Shown here one piece after another: positions 29,161-37,786 of a stretch of DNA of 64,000 bases. The notes beneath the pieces are model-generated. The model worked only from the letters and a program-made list of their open reading frames with translations. It searched no databases and was not told where the DNA came from. The stretch's first letter is position 1; every line of letters begins with the position of its first letter. The translations under genes were made by a program, and so were the position numbers. The stretch lies in the IMG/VR virus record IMGVR_UViG_3300042261_002385, positions 1-64,000 of that record; one strand, given 5' to 3'.

Positions 29161-30198
29161 TTATTTTTGATTTTTTATATCATTAATAATCATCAATTTG
29201 ACAAGTTGCTCAAATTTAATTTTAGGTTGCCATCCTAATATATTTTTAGCTTTTGTATAATCACCAAGTAAAATATTTACTTCAGCTGGTCTGTAGTATT
29301 TTTCATCTACTTCTATGATTGTCAATCCGTTATCTAAAATACCTCTTTCAGAAACTCCTTCTCCAACCCAATTGATATTCCATCCACATTCTTTACAAGC
29401 TAATTCGACAAACTCTTTTATAGTATGAGTTTCTCCGGTGGCTAAAACATAATCATCACCTACTTCTTGTTGAAGCATCATCCACATTCCCTCTACAAAA
29501 TCTTTTGCGTGACCCCAGTCTCTCTTAGAATAAAGATTACCTAATTTCAAAATAGGAAAATCTTGACGACCTTCATCTAAGTACTTTTTGATTTTAGCAA
29601 GTCCTAATGTAATTTTTCTAGTAACAAACGTTTCACCTCTTCTTTCACCTTCATGATTAAATAATATACCATTACTAATGTGCATACCGTATGATTCTCT
29701 ATAGTTTTTTGTAATCCAAAGTCCATAAATTTTTGCAACACCATAAGGGCTTCTAGGATGCATTGGTGAAACTTCTGTATATCCAGATTCAGGCATGTTA
29801 TAACCCATACCCCCATATAATTCAGAAGTTGATGCTTGATAAACTTTTGATTTAGGACAGTGGTTTTTTACAGCCTCTAATATAGATAGTGTTCCAAGTC
29901 CATCACACTGAGCAGTATAATAAGGTATTTCAAAACTTACTTTAACATGAGATTGAGCAGCCAAGTTATAAACTTCATCTGGTTGTATTTGTGAAACAAG
30001 ATTAGAAATTACTAATGGATCAGTAACATCTCCGTAATGAAGTGTGAGTTTATCAAAGATGTGGTCTATTCTATCGGTATTAAACGTAGAAGTTCTTCTT
30101 ATAATACCATGCACTTCGTAATCTTTTTCTAGTAATAATTCAGCAAGATGAGATCCATCCATACCTGTAATTCCTGTAATTAGTGCGATTTTTTTCAT
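29161..30198 (-). CDS. gmd: GDP-mannose 4,6-dehydratase
   Basis: ITGITGMDG, LAAQSHVKVSF, QASTSELYG, SPYGVAK and FNHE..RRGETFVTRK motifs. Confidence 0.97.
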   Translation of the reverse strand: MKKIALITGITGMDGSHLAELLLEKDYEVHGIIRRTSTFNTDRIDHIFDKLTLHYGDVTDPLVISNLVSQIQPDEVYNLAAQSHVKVSFEIPYYTAQCDGLGTLSILEAVKNHCPKSKVYQASTSELYGGMGYNMPESGYTEVSPMHPRSPYGVAKIYGLWITKNYRESYGMHISNGILFNHEGERRGETFVTRKITLGLAKIKKYLDEGRQDFPILKLGNLYSKRDWGHAKDFVEGMWMMLQQEVGDDYVLATGETHTIKEFVELACKECGWNINWVGEGVSERGILDNGLTIIEVDEKYYRPAEVNILLGDYTKAKNILGWQPKIKFEQLVKLMIINDIKNQK

Positions 30199-30199
30199 T

Positions 30200-31069
30200 T
30201 TATATTTTAGTTTTTATATAATCTTTTAGATTTTGTTTAGCAGACCAACCTATTCTATAAAAGGTTTCTTCCCAATTAGATTCGGTGTGAAGTCCTTCAT
30301 TTCTTCTGAGTGGTGTAAATTTAATCTTAGAATCATCATTTTTTACAATCATCATAGCCAAGTCAATAATTTTGATAGGATTTCCCATACCTAAATCAAA
30401 GTTATCAGCTTTCCACTCTCCTTCACTTATCTTTATCAAACCATCACAAATATCATTTACTGATGTAAAATCTCTTGATTGTTGACCATCACCAACTACA
30501 GTCAATTTTTGACCACTTCTCATTTGAGACAAGAATTTAGCAACAACAGTAGCCCATTCACCTTTATTTGGCTCGCGGTTACCGTAAACATTATAGAAGG
30601 TGGCCATAGCACAGTTTAATCCATAACACTCAGCATACATTTTTAAAACACCTTCTCCTACTACTTTTGAAAAAGTGTATGGGCTAATATAATCAGAGCC
30701 ATGATTCTTAGAAGATGTTGTTGAGTATACAACAATACCTGAATCGGATTTGTGTGCGAATTCCATAATTTTCATAGTCCCAAGTGCATTAGACTCAAAC
30801 CACTGCATTGGATCATCAAATGAAGGTTGGATTCTAGCTTCAGCAGCTAAATGAAATATTCTATCATATCTTTTGCCTTTTAAGACATCAAAAATGTGTA
30901 AGATGTCTGATACATAATATTTGGCTTTGGAATTTTTATAATCAATTGAAGATGAGGTAGAACTTAAGTTATCCAGCACATCGACTTCGAATCCTAAGTC
31001 AACTAACTTATCAACTAAATTCGAACCAACAAAACCAAGACCACCAGTTACTAAAACTTTATTTGACAT
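30200..31069 (-). CDS. NAD-dependent epimerase/dehydratase (extended SDR)
   Basis: TGGLGFVGS, HLAA, SPYTFSK (YxxxK), NVYG and RDFT motifs. Confidence 0.85.
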   Translation of the reverse strand: MSNKVLVTGGLGFVGSNLVDKLVDLGFEVDVLDNLSSTSSSIDYKNSKAKYYVSDILHIFDVLKGKRYDRIFHLAAEARIQPSFDDPMQWFESNALGTMKIMEFAHKSDSGIVVYSTTSSKNHGSDYISPYTFSKVVGEGVLKMYAECYGLNCAMATFYNVYGNREPNKGEWATVVAKFLSQMRSGQKLTVVGDGQQSRDFTSVNDICDGLIKISEGEWKADNFDLGMGNPIKIIDLAMMIVKNDDSKIKFTPLRRNEGLHTESNWEETFYRIGWSAKQNLKDYIKTKI

Positions 31070-31979
31070 ACTCTGCGTAAGTTCTTTCTAATCCTTCTCT
31101 TAAAGGTGTTTTATAAACCCAACCTAATTCCTTTAATTTAGAAACGTCAGATAATTTCTTTGGAGTGCCATCTGGCTTGTCTGTATTGAAATAAATATCA
31201 CCTTGGAATCCAATAACATCTTTGACTAAATAGGACAATTCTTTAATTGTTAAATATTCACCTGTTCCAATATTTACTATTTCAGATGAATCATAATTTT
31301 GCATAAGATAGACACAAGCATCAGCTAAATCATCGACATACAAAAATTCTCTCATAGGTGTTCCTGTTCCCCAGATTTCAACTACATCTCTATTTTCAAT
31401 TTTAGCTTCATGAAATTTTCTAATAAGGGCTGGTAAAACGTGTGAGTTATTTAAGTCGTAATTATCGTTTGGTCCATATAAATTTGTTGGCATAACTGAA
31501 ATAAAATTATCACCATATTGTTTATTGAAATCCTGACACATTTTTATACCAGATATTTTAGCTATCGCATAAGCATCATTAGTTGGTTCTAACAAACCAG
31601 TCAAAAGATATTCTTCTTTTATTGGCTGTGAACTTAATTTTGGATAAATACAAGTGGAACCTAAAAAGAGTAACTTTTTACAATGGTTATCATGAGCTGC
31701 TTTGATGATATTTGATTGTATCATTATATTCTCATAGATAAAGTCAGCTCTAAAATCATCATTAGCTTTTATACCACCGACTTTTGCGGCAGCTAAAAAA
31801 ACATACTCAGGCTTTTCAAAGTGAAAAAAATGATTTACTTGAAACTGATTTGTCAAATTCACCTCTTTTCTGGATTTTGTTATTATGTTAGTAAATCCTA
31901 ACTCTTTGAGTTTTCTTACTATTGCTGAACCGACCATTCCATTATGACCAGCTACATAAATTTTTGAATCTTTATTCAT
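31059..31979 (-). CDS. fcl: GDP-L-fucose synthase
   Basis: AGHNGMVGSA, AAAKVGGI, LGSTCIYP, YAIAK, PTNLYGPNDN, SHVLPAL and REFLYVDD motifs. Confidence 0.97.
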   Translation of the reverse strand: MNKDSKIYVAGHNGMVGSAIVRKLKELGFTNIITKSRKEVNLTNQFQVNHFFHFEKPEYVFLAAAKVGGIKANDDFRADFIYENIMIQSNIIKAAHDNHCKKLLFLGSTCIYPKLSSQPIKEEYLLTGLLEPTNDAYAIAKISGIKMCQDFNKQYGDNFISVMPTNLYGPNDNYDLNNSHVLPALIRKFHEAKIENRDVVEIWGTGTPMREFLYVDDLADACVYLMQNYDSSEIVNIGTGEYLTIKELSYLVKDVIGFQGDIYFNTDKPDGTPKKLSDVSKLKELGWVYKTPLREGLERTYAEYVK

Positions 31980-32006
31980 TTAACAATTCATTTATTTTTT
32001 ATTATA

Positions 32007-32040
32007 TAAAAAAAAAGAGAGAAGTTACTCTCTCTTTTTT
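32007..32040. terminator. intrinsic terminator between clpC and the glycan island
   Basis: A-run-GAGAGA-AGTTAC-TCTCTC-T-run. Confidence 0.8.
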
Positions 32041-32043
32041 TAA

Positions 32044-34176
32044 TTACTCTTCGGTTTTCTTCTTACGAGTTTTCTTTTTCTTTTCTGATTCAATAGTTAC
32101 TACCATTTTTTCTGACTCACTGTTATAATCAAGAATTAAAGTAGAACCTTTTTCAGGATTATATTGAATAATGTCCTCTGTTAAAACATCTTCAACGTGT
32201 CTTTGTATTGCTCTTTTTAAAGGACGTGCTCCGTATTGTGGATCAAATCCTTCAGAAGCAATATACTCGATAGCAGAGTCAGTAATTGTAAGTTTGAATT
32301 CCATTTTCTCAACTCTTTCAATCAATTTTTCTAATTCAATTTTGATAATTTGATTAATATCATCTTTAGAAAGAGAATTAAACATAACTACATCATCTAC
32401 ACGATTTAAGAACTCAGGTGCAAATTTTTTCTTCAACTCTTTTTCAATCACAGCTTTTGATTCATCTTCAGCTGCTGCTAATTTATTTTTAGTTGAGAAT
32501 CCAACTCCAGTTCCAAAATCTTTCAACTGACGTGAACCAGTGTTTGAAGTCATGATGATAATTGAGTTTTTGAAATTTACTTTACGACCTAAAGAATCTG
32601 TTAATTGGCCATCATCTAAAACTTGTAAAAGTAAATTGAAAACCTCAGGATGAGCTTTTTCAATCTCATCGAGTAAGATTACAGAATAAGGCTTACGTCT
32701 AACTTTTTCAGTTAACTGACCACCTTCATCGTGACCAACATATCCTGGAGGAGCTCCGACTAAACGAGAGACTGCGAATTTCTCCATATACTCAGACATA
32801 TCAATTCTTACAAGTGCATCTTCTGAATCAAAAAGATATTTAGCTAATACCTTTGCCAACTGTGTTTTACCGACACCAGTTGGTCCTAAGAACATAAATG
32901 AACCAATAGGTTTGTTAGGATCTTTTAATCCAACACGACCTCTTTGAATAGCTTTAACAATTTTTCTAACTGCTTCTTCTTGACCAATAACTTTACCAGT
33001 AATTGATGTTCCCATTTTAGCAAGTTTTTCATTTTCATTCTGAGAAACTTTTGTTACCGGAATCCCAGACATCATTGCAACAACTTCGGCTACTGCGTCT
33101 TCATCAACTGTTTGACGATTGTTTTTCTGGTCTTCTTCCCAAGACTTGCGAGCTTTTTCTAAGTCAGTGTTTAATTGTCTTTCAACATCTCTCAACTTAG
33201 CAGCTTCTTCATATTTTTGAGAACGAATTACATCATTTTTCTTTTCTTTAATTTCAATAATCTTTTTTTCAATGTCTGTGATTTCTTTAGGAACATTGAT
33301 ATTAGAAATATGAACTCTTGCTCCTACTTCATCTAAAGCATCAATTGCTTTATCTGGTAAAAATCTATCATTAAGATATCTTTCAGTCAAGTCAACACAA
33401 GCTTTTATAGCAGCATCTGTGTAAGAAACATTGTGATGATGTTCGTAACGGTCTTTAATATTATTCAATATCTGGACAGTCTCTTCAGCAGTAGCTGGCT
33501 CAACTTGCACTTTTTGAAAACGTCTTTCTAAAGCTCCATCTTTTTCAATGTGTTTGCGATATTCATCTAACGTAGTTGCTCCAATGATTTGAATCTCACC
33601 ACGAGCTAAAGCTGGTTTTAACATATTAGATGCATCCAAAGAACCAGAAGCTCCACCTGCACCGATGATAGTATGAATTTCATCAATAAAAAGAATAATA
33701 TCTGGTTCTTTTTCCATTTCAGACATAAGTGCTTTAATACGTTCTTCAAATTGTCCACGATATTTAGTTCCAGCGACCATAGAAGCCAAATCTAACATCA
33801 CAACTCTTTTATTAAAAAGTAATCTTGAAACTTTTCGTTGAACGATTCTCAAAGCCAGTCCTTCAGCAATTGAAGACTTACCAACACCTGGCTCACCAAT
33901 TAAAATTGGGTTATTCTTTTTTCTACGAGAGAGAATTTGTGATACTCTTTCAATTTCTTTTTCTCTACCTACGATTGGATCTAGTCTGCCATCTTCAGCC
34001 ATTTTAGTCAAATCTCGGCTATAAGTGTCCAAAACTGGAGTTTTAGACTTACCTTCATTCTTCTTTGAAGAACTAGAACCAAACTTATCATCATCTTCAT
34101 CATCCTCTAAAGAAGCTTTAATGTCTGGACTTACATAATCTTTACCCTCTAAGTTATTTGTTGTGTTATTCATCAT
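32044..34176 (-). CDS. clpC: ClpC-type AAA+ chaperone lacking the N-terminal Clp-repeat domain
   Basis: Two Walker A motifs (GEPGVGKS, GPTGVGKT), UVR-type middle domain, VGF ClpP loop; begins just before KSKTPVLD. Confidence 0.9.
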   Translation of the reverse strand: MMNNTTNNLEGKDYVSPDIKASLEDDEDDDKFGSSSSKKNEGKSKTPVLDTYSRDLTKMAEDGRLDPIVGREKEIERVSQILSRRKKNNPILIGEPGVGKSSIAEGLALRIVQRKVSRLLFNKRVVMLDLASMVAGTKYRGQFEERIKALMSEMEKEPDIILFIDEIHTIIGAGGASGSLDASNMLKPALARGEIQIIGATTLDEYRKHIEKDGALERRFQKVQVEPATAEETVQILNNIKDRYEHHHNVSYTDAAIKACVDLTERYLNDRFLPDKAIDALDEVGARVHISNINVPKEITDIEKKIIEIKEKKNDVIRSQKYEEAAKLRDVERQLNTDLEKARKSWEEDQKNNRQTVDEDAVAEVVAMMSGIPVTKVSQNENEKLAKMGTSITGKVIGQEEAVRKIVKAIQRGRVGLKDPNKPIGSFMFLGPTGVGKTQLAKVLAKYLFDSEDALVRIDMSEYMEKFAVSRLVGAPPGYVGHDEGGQLTEKVRRKPYSVILLDEIEKAHPEVFNLLLQVLDDGQLTDSLGRKVNFKNSIIIMTSNTGSRQLKDFGTGVGFSTKNKLAAAEDESKAVIEKELKKKFAPEFLNRVDDVVMFNSLSKDDINQIIKIELEKLIERVEKMEFKLTITDSAIEYIASEGFDPQYGARPLKRAIQRHVEDVLTEDIIQYNPEKGSTLILDYNSESEKMVVTIESEKKKKTRKKKTEE

Positions 34177-34199
34177 AAGTGTTATTTTTTATCTTTTAT

Positions 34200-34613
34200 T
34201 TATATGTTTTTATTTTTAGAAGTTTCATTAAGTAATTCATCTATGATTTCGTCTCTTCTTTCATCCACTGGTCTTACTTTTGCAAAATCACTAATTATAT
34301 CCATAACTATTAAATTAGTAGTCGGATCTGTAATGATTGATTTTATTCTACAACCGTTAGCCGTAAAACTACTTGAAGACATATTAAATTTATATCCTAT
34401 TGTCTGTGATTGATTTCTTTTATCAAATAAATTAAAGAAATAATCTGAGTTTGTCTTGCTGTAATCTACTGATATTTTTATATCGATTGTTTGACTATTC
34501 TGTTGTATTATTTTAGCGTATCCGTAATTATTATTAGCAGTGTCGATGTTAAATTGAATTCCTATATCTCTAGCTGTAAAATTATCTTCATCTATTTTGA
34601 ACCAATCACCCAT
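34200..34613 (-). CDS. hypothetical protein; C-terminal RRDEIIDELL motif
   Basis: 137-aa ORF, coupled to its neighbours. Confidence 0.7.
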   Translation of the reverse strand: MGDWFKIDEDNFTARDIGIQFNIDTANNNYGYAKIIQQNSQTIDIKISVDYSKTNSDYFFNLFDKRNQSQTIGYKFNMSSSSFTANGCRIKSIITDPTTNLIVMDIISDFAKVRPVDERRDEIIDELLNETSKNKNI

Positions 34614-35203
34614 TAAGCTAATTTAAAGTTTTTTAAGAAGTCTCTTAGGAAAACATTTTTTTCACCTCCAACTATTTTTTTCCATTCTTCATACACTTTT
34701 TTATCCTCTTTTTTGTCAGATGCCTTAATCTGTTGAGCCAACATAAAAGAAGTAGTATAGTAGTCTGAACGGATTAAATCACCATAATTATCGATAACCC
34801 AATCTTCAAAGTCAGGATATTTTTTTCTATTAAAGACTCTTTCATCGGCAATAAAAACTATTGCAGTAAGTTGGTCTCCTAAATCCGGTTCATTAAAAAT
34901 TGCTAAATCTACATTATGTTCTTTAAGTAATTGTAAATGATTATTTAGTGTTCCAAACTGTGAACCATCTTCATTATATTTATAGTTAGTTGTTCCACCG
35001 TTAAGTATGATGAATGTTTTCCAATTATCAGCCCAATCGTCGTAGATTTGAGATGAATTGAGACTCAATTTACTAAGTGAAATTGTCATTTTTACACGTT
35101 GACCATACTCTACGACAGCGTGACCGAATTGTATAGCTTGTTGTATCGGTGAAATGTTGTATGGGACTAATCCATACATTCTAAGTTCTAATTTTTCTTC
35201 CAT
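34613..35203 (-). CDS. peptidyl-tRNA hydrolase 2 (PTH2)-like protein
   Basis: AIQFGHAV, W..KTFIILNGG and FNEPDLGDQLTAI follow the PTH2/PTRHD1 pattern. Confidence 0.6.
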   Translation of the reverse strand: MEEKLELRMYGLVPYNISPIQQAIQFGHAVVEYGQRVKMTISLSKLSLNSSQIYDDWADNWKTFIILNGGTTNYKYNEDGSQFGTLNNHLQLLKEHNVDLAIFNEPDLGDQLTAIVFIADERVFNRKKYPDFEDWVIDNYGDLIRSDYYTTSFMLAQQIKASDKKEDKKVYEEWKKIVGGEKNVFLRDFLKNFKLA

Positions 35204-35242
35204 AGAAATTATATAAAATCGCTACTATAAGTTTTAGATAAT

Positions 35243-35749
35243 TTAATTGGTTTGATTTTTATTTACAAATTTGTTTGACAAGTTTCTATTTCCGAATTGC
35301 TTCATACCGGTGACTTCCATCAATAATTTATCAGAGATAAATTTTGGAATTTTGACTTCAAACTCCATAGAAGGAACTTCAATTTCAGCTACAATTAAGT
35401 GATGTCCATTATTAAAGACATCAACTTCCCATTTTAAATCACCATCTGGATAAATTAGTCTTTCTTTAGAAATATATTTAGACTGAGATACTTTGCACCT
35501 TTCAACAAACTGATTAAATTCTTCAGAAGTGATAATCTTTTCATCTTCTTCATTAATACCAGGTGCAATATTTTTCTTGATAGTGTGAACAAAATAAAAT
35601 CCTTTAACATCAGAGTAACATGATCTGGCTCTTTCCCAGATACCTTCTGTGTTTTTTAAATACCATTGAAATATTTCTATGGTTTCAGATGGTTCACCTT
35701 TTGGTATTGCTTTCAAAAGATATTTTCGTTCAATTTCTATATTCATCAA
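35243..35749 (-). CDS. CYTH-domain (triphosphate tunnel) protein
   Basis: EIERKYLL (ExExK), WEVDVF and LIVAEIE motifs. Confidence 0.85.
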   Translation of the reverse strand: MMNIEIERKYLLKAIPKGEPSETIEIFQWYLKNTEGIWERARSCYSDVKGFYFVHTIKKNIAPGINEEDEKIITSEEFNQFVERCKVSQSKYISKERLIYPDGDLKWEVDVFNNGHHLIVAEIEVPSMEFEVKIPKFISDKLLMEVTGMKQFGNRNLSNKFVNKNQTN

Positions 35750-35774
35750 ATTACTACCTTAAAAAATTAATAAA

Positions 35775-35800
35775 TAAAAAACCCATCCGAAGATGGGATT
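35775..35800 (-). terminator. intrinsic terminator ending the tRNA/ncRNA transcript
   Basis: Minus strand CCCATC-TTCG-GATGGG followed by a T run. Confidence 0.85.
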
Positions 35801-35820
35801 TCAGTACACGTCTGGGTTAG

Positions 35821-35926
35821 CAGCCCGTAGAGGATTCGAACCTCTGTATCCTAATGAAAAGTTAGGCGTCCTCTACGTTCACGAAGTTTCTGTATCTCTT
35901 TTAAGAGTCCACTAGACGAACGGGCC
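35821..35926 (-). tRNA. atypical tRNA-Glu-type gene with ~34-nt D-loop insertion and off-register anticodon loop (CUUUUCA)
   Basis: Acceptor GGCCCGT/ACGGGCT, D stem GTCT/GGAC, anticodon stem CCTAA/TTAGG, T arm AGAGG-TTCGAAT-CCTCT. Confidence 0.75.
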
Positions 35927-35936
35927 AAGTTTTTTT

Positions 35937-36009
35937 AGTGTGGGGTTACAGTACCCACCCTGTCCTCAAGAAGACAGACTCCCTAACTTAAAGGGTAAAG
36001 TTAACCACT
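35937..36009 (-). ncRNA. 73-nt multi-hairpin structured RNA candidate
   Basis: AGTG/CACT closing stem; hairpins CCCT/AGGG, CTGTC/GACAG and GTGGG/CCCAC. Confidence 0.4.
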
Positions 36010-36070
36010 ACGAAAACTTCGTGGTCGGTCTGAGTCTCGCTCTCAGAGGTTCCTATGAACCGACCAAAAA

Positions 36071-36930
36071 AGGTTGAGATTACACCTTTGACGACAGAAC
36101 TTTAGTTGGATTATTGTTTCCCTTCTTATCCACTTCCTTTTGAGAAGTATTCTGTCAGTGACGATTGGTTAGACCAATCACTTCTTGAGTTACTAACTAC
36201 TCTCTACTTATTCCGCTTATTCAATCCTGCCGGACTGATTCGAGATTCGACTCTCTATAATTTTTTCGGTAAAATCACATTGGCCTTTCGAGCTTCAGTG
36301 GCTATGGACATCCCATAACTATGTAGTCACCTTTCATTAGTAACTAGGCGACACTTTCGATTTCTTAATTTTAAATGTTTCCAATTAACAGTTAGAAATT
36401 TAGTGCCTTGTAGATTTGTCGAAGTCGTGGTCACCTCTCAGCTCCCAAAGCTTTTGACCTCAGGAATACTGGACAACTCCGTGTAGTGCCTCCACTACAA
36501 CTCTTTAAGATATCTTCACTACATTTCCCCTGGTAGAGAAAAGAGTGTCAAATAACGACACCACTCGTACATTTGATTGTCTTTCAACTTTAAGACACCT
36601 CTTGAGTTGGATTCCGCAATGATAACAACCGGTGAGTCACTACTTCTTGCAACAATCCTATGGGTTAATCCTGTTCCTCTTCCGAGGTCAACCAAACAAT
36701 CTACAATTGCCTGGTCACAAATCCATTTCATCTACAGTGTTACCCTCGACTAATAAGGTTTTGTGGTGTCCCACTTGCTTACTCGACCTCAAACCCGAAG
36801 GTTTAAGACGCAAACACACTTAGCAATTGTGTTCACTTTATCCCGCTTTCACGGTTTATTTTAAGGACTATAAGCCGCCCTTCTCAACAGTCAGCCGAAA
36901 CCGACTGTTAAAGACTAATATTTCAAAGAA
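36071..36930 (-). ncRNA. large structured ncRNA, GOLLD-like (~860 nt)
   Basis: No credible ORF, GC-enriched, many hairpins; downstream of tRNA-Met; ends GGTGTAATCTCAACC plus a T run; size and tRNA-cluster context fit GOLLD. Confidence 0.65.
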
Positions 36931-36956
36931 CTATGTTCTCCGTTGAGAACTCTTTG

Positions 36957-37029
<73 letters not shown>

Positions 37030-37067
37030 ATGTGTATTTTTATATATCTTATTTCATTTTTGTTTTA

Positions 37068-37099
37068 CAAAGATAAAAACTTTTTTTTAAAAAAACAAA
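37068..37099 (-). promoter_or_regulatory. Bacteroidota-type promoter for tRNA-Met and the large RNA
   Basis: TTTG-N20-TATCTTTG. Confidence 0.8.
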
Positions 37100-37116
37100 T
37101 CTTTTGTAAAATTTTG

Positions 37117-37204
37117 TGGGAAAGGAGTGGACTCGAACCACCGAAGATCTATTGAGACCAGTCACATTACTATGTAACTCCATTTGCCGCTCTGGAACTT
37201 CCCC
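37117..37204 (-). tRNA. atypical tRNA-Tyr-type gene with 8-nt anticodon loop (AUAGUAAU)
   Basis: Type II cloverleaf: GGGGAAG/CTTTCCC, A73, variable arm GGTCT-CAAT-AGATC, anticodon stem GTTAC/GTGAC. Confidence 0.75.
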
Positions 37205-37218
37205 GTCGTTTGTGAATA

Positions 37219-37250
37219 CAAAGATAAGGCAAGTTTATGGTTTTACCAAA
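37219..37250 (-). promoter_or_regulatory. Bacteroidota-type promoter for the tRNA-Tyr-like gene
   Basis: TTTG-N20-TATCTTTG. Confidence 0.8.
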
Positions 37251-37266
37251 TAATTTAGAAAAAAAA

Positions 37267-37776
37267 TTAATTTAATTGTGGAGTATAAGGAAGAAGGTCT
37301 TCATCACCAATGATATTCAGTTGTTTACAAACTTTAATAAAGGCGTCAGCTATCTGGAAAACATCTTCTATGTCTTCAAAAGTAAAAGTGTGTTTTACCC
37401 ACTCTTCTTCATTTTCATGATCTTCAATATTTCTAAGAATACTACCTATATAAAAACCACCATCGTGATAAGCAAATGATAATTGAGCGTAATACTCATT
37501 GTCGTTATCAACAGGCTCTTTAGAAGTTGCATAAAAAGAAATTAATAACGAACCTTCTAATCTTTTAGCGTCTTTTCTAAATCTTGTTAATATAGGATAT
37601 CGAAATAAGATTTTTTTTAATTCACTTTCAGTGTTTATCTTATTGGAGTGTGTATAATAAGATTTCATAGTTTGACTACCAGGTTCAAATTCACCTCTTA
37701 GATTAGGAATTTCTAATCTATCTCTCATCTCTTCATCGTCAAAACCTACTTCTTCATAAAATCTTCTGATTCTCAT
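37267..37776 (-). CDS. hypothetical protein with tag-like N-terminus (MRIRRFYEE)
   Basis: AATATATA at 37781-37788 (minus strand). Confidence 0.7.
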   Translation of the reverse strand: MRIRRFYEEVGFDDEEMRDRLEIPNLRGEFEPGSQTMKSYYTHSNKINTESELKKILFRYPILTRFRKDAKRLEGSLLISFYATSKEPVDNDNEYYAQLSFAYHDGGFYIGSILRNIEDHENEEEWVKHTFTFEDIEDVFQIADAFIKVCKQLNIIGDEDLLPYTPQLN

Positions 37777-37786
37777 AAATTATATA

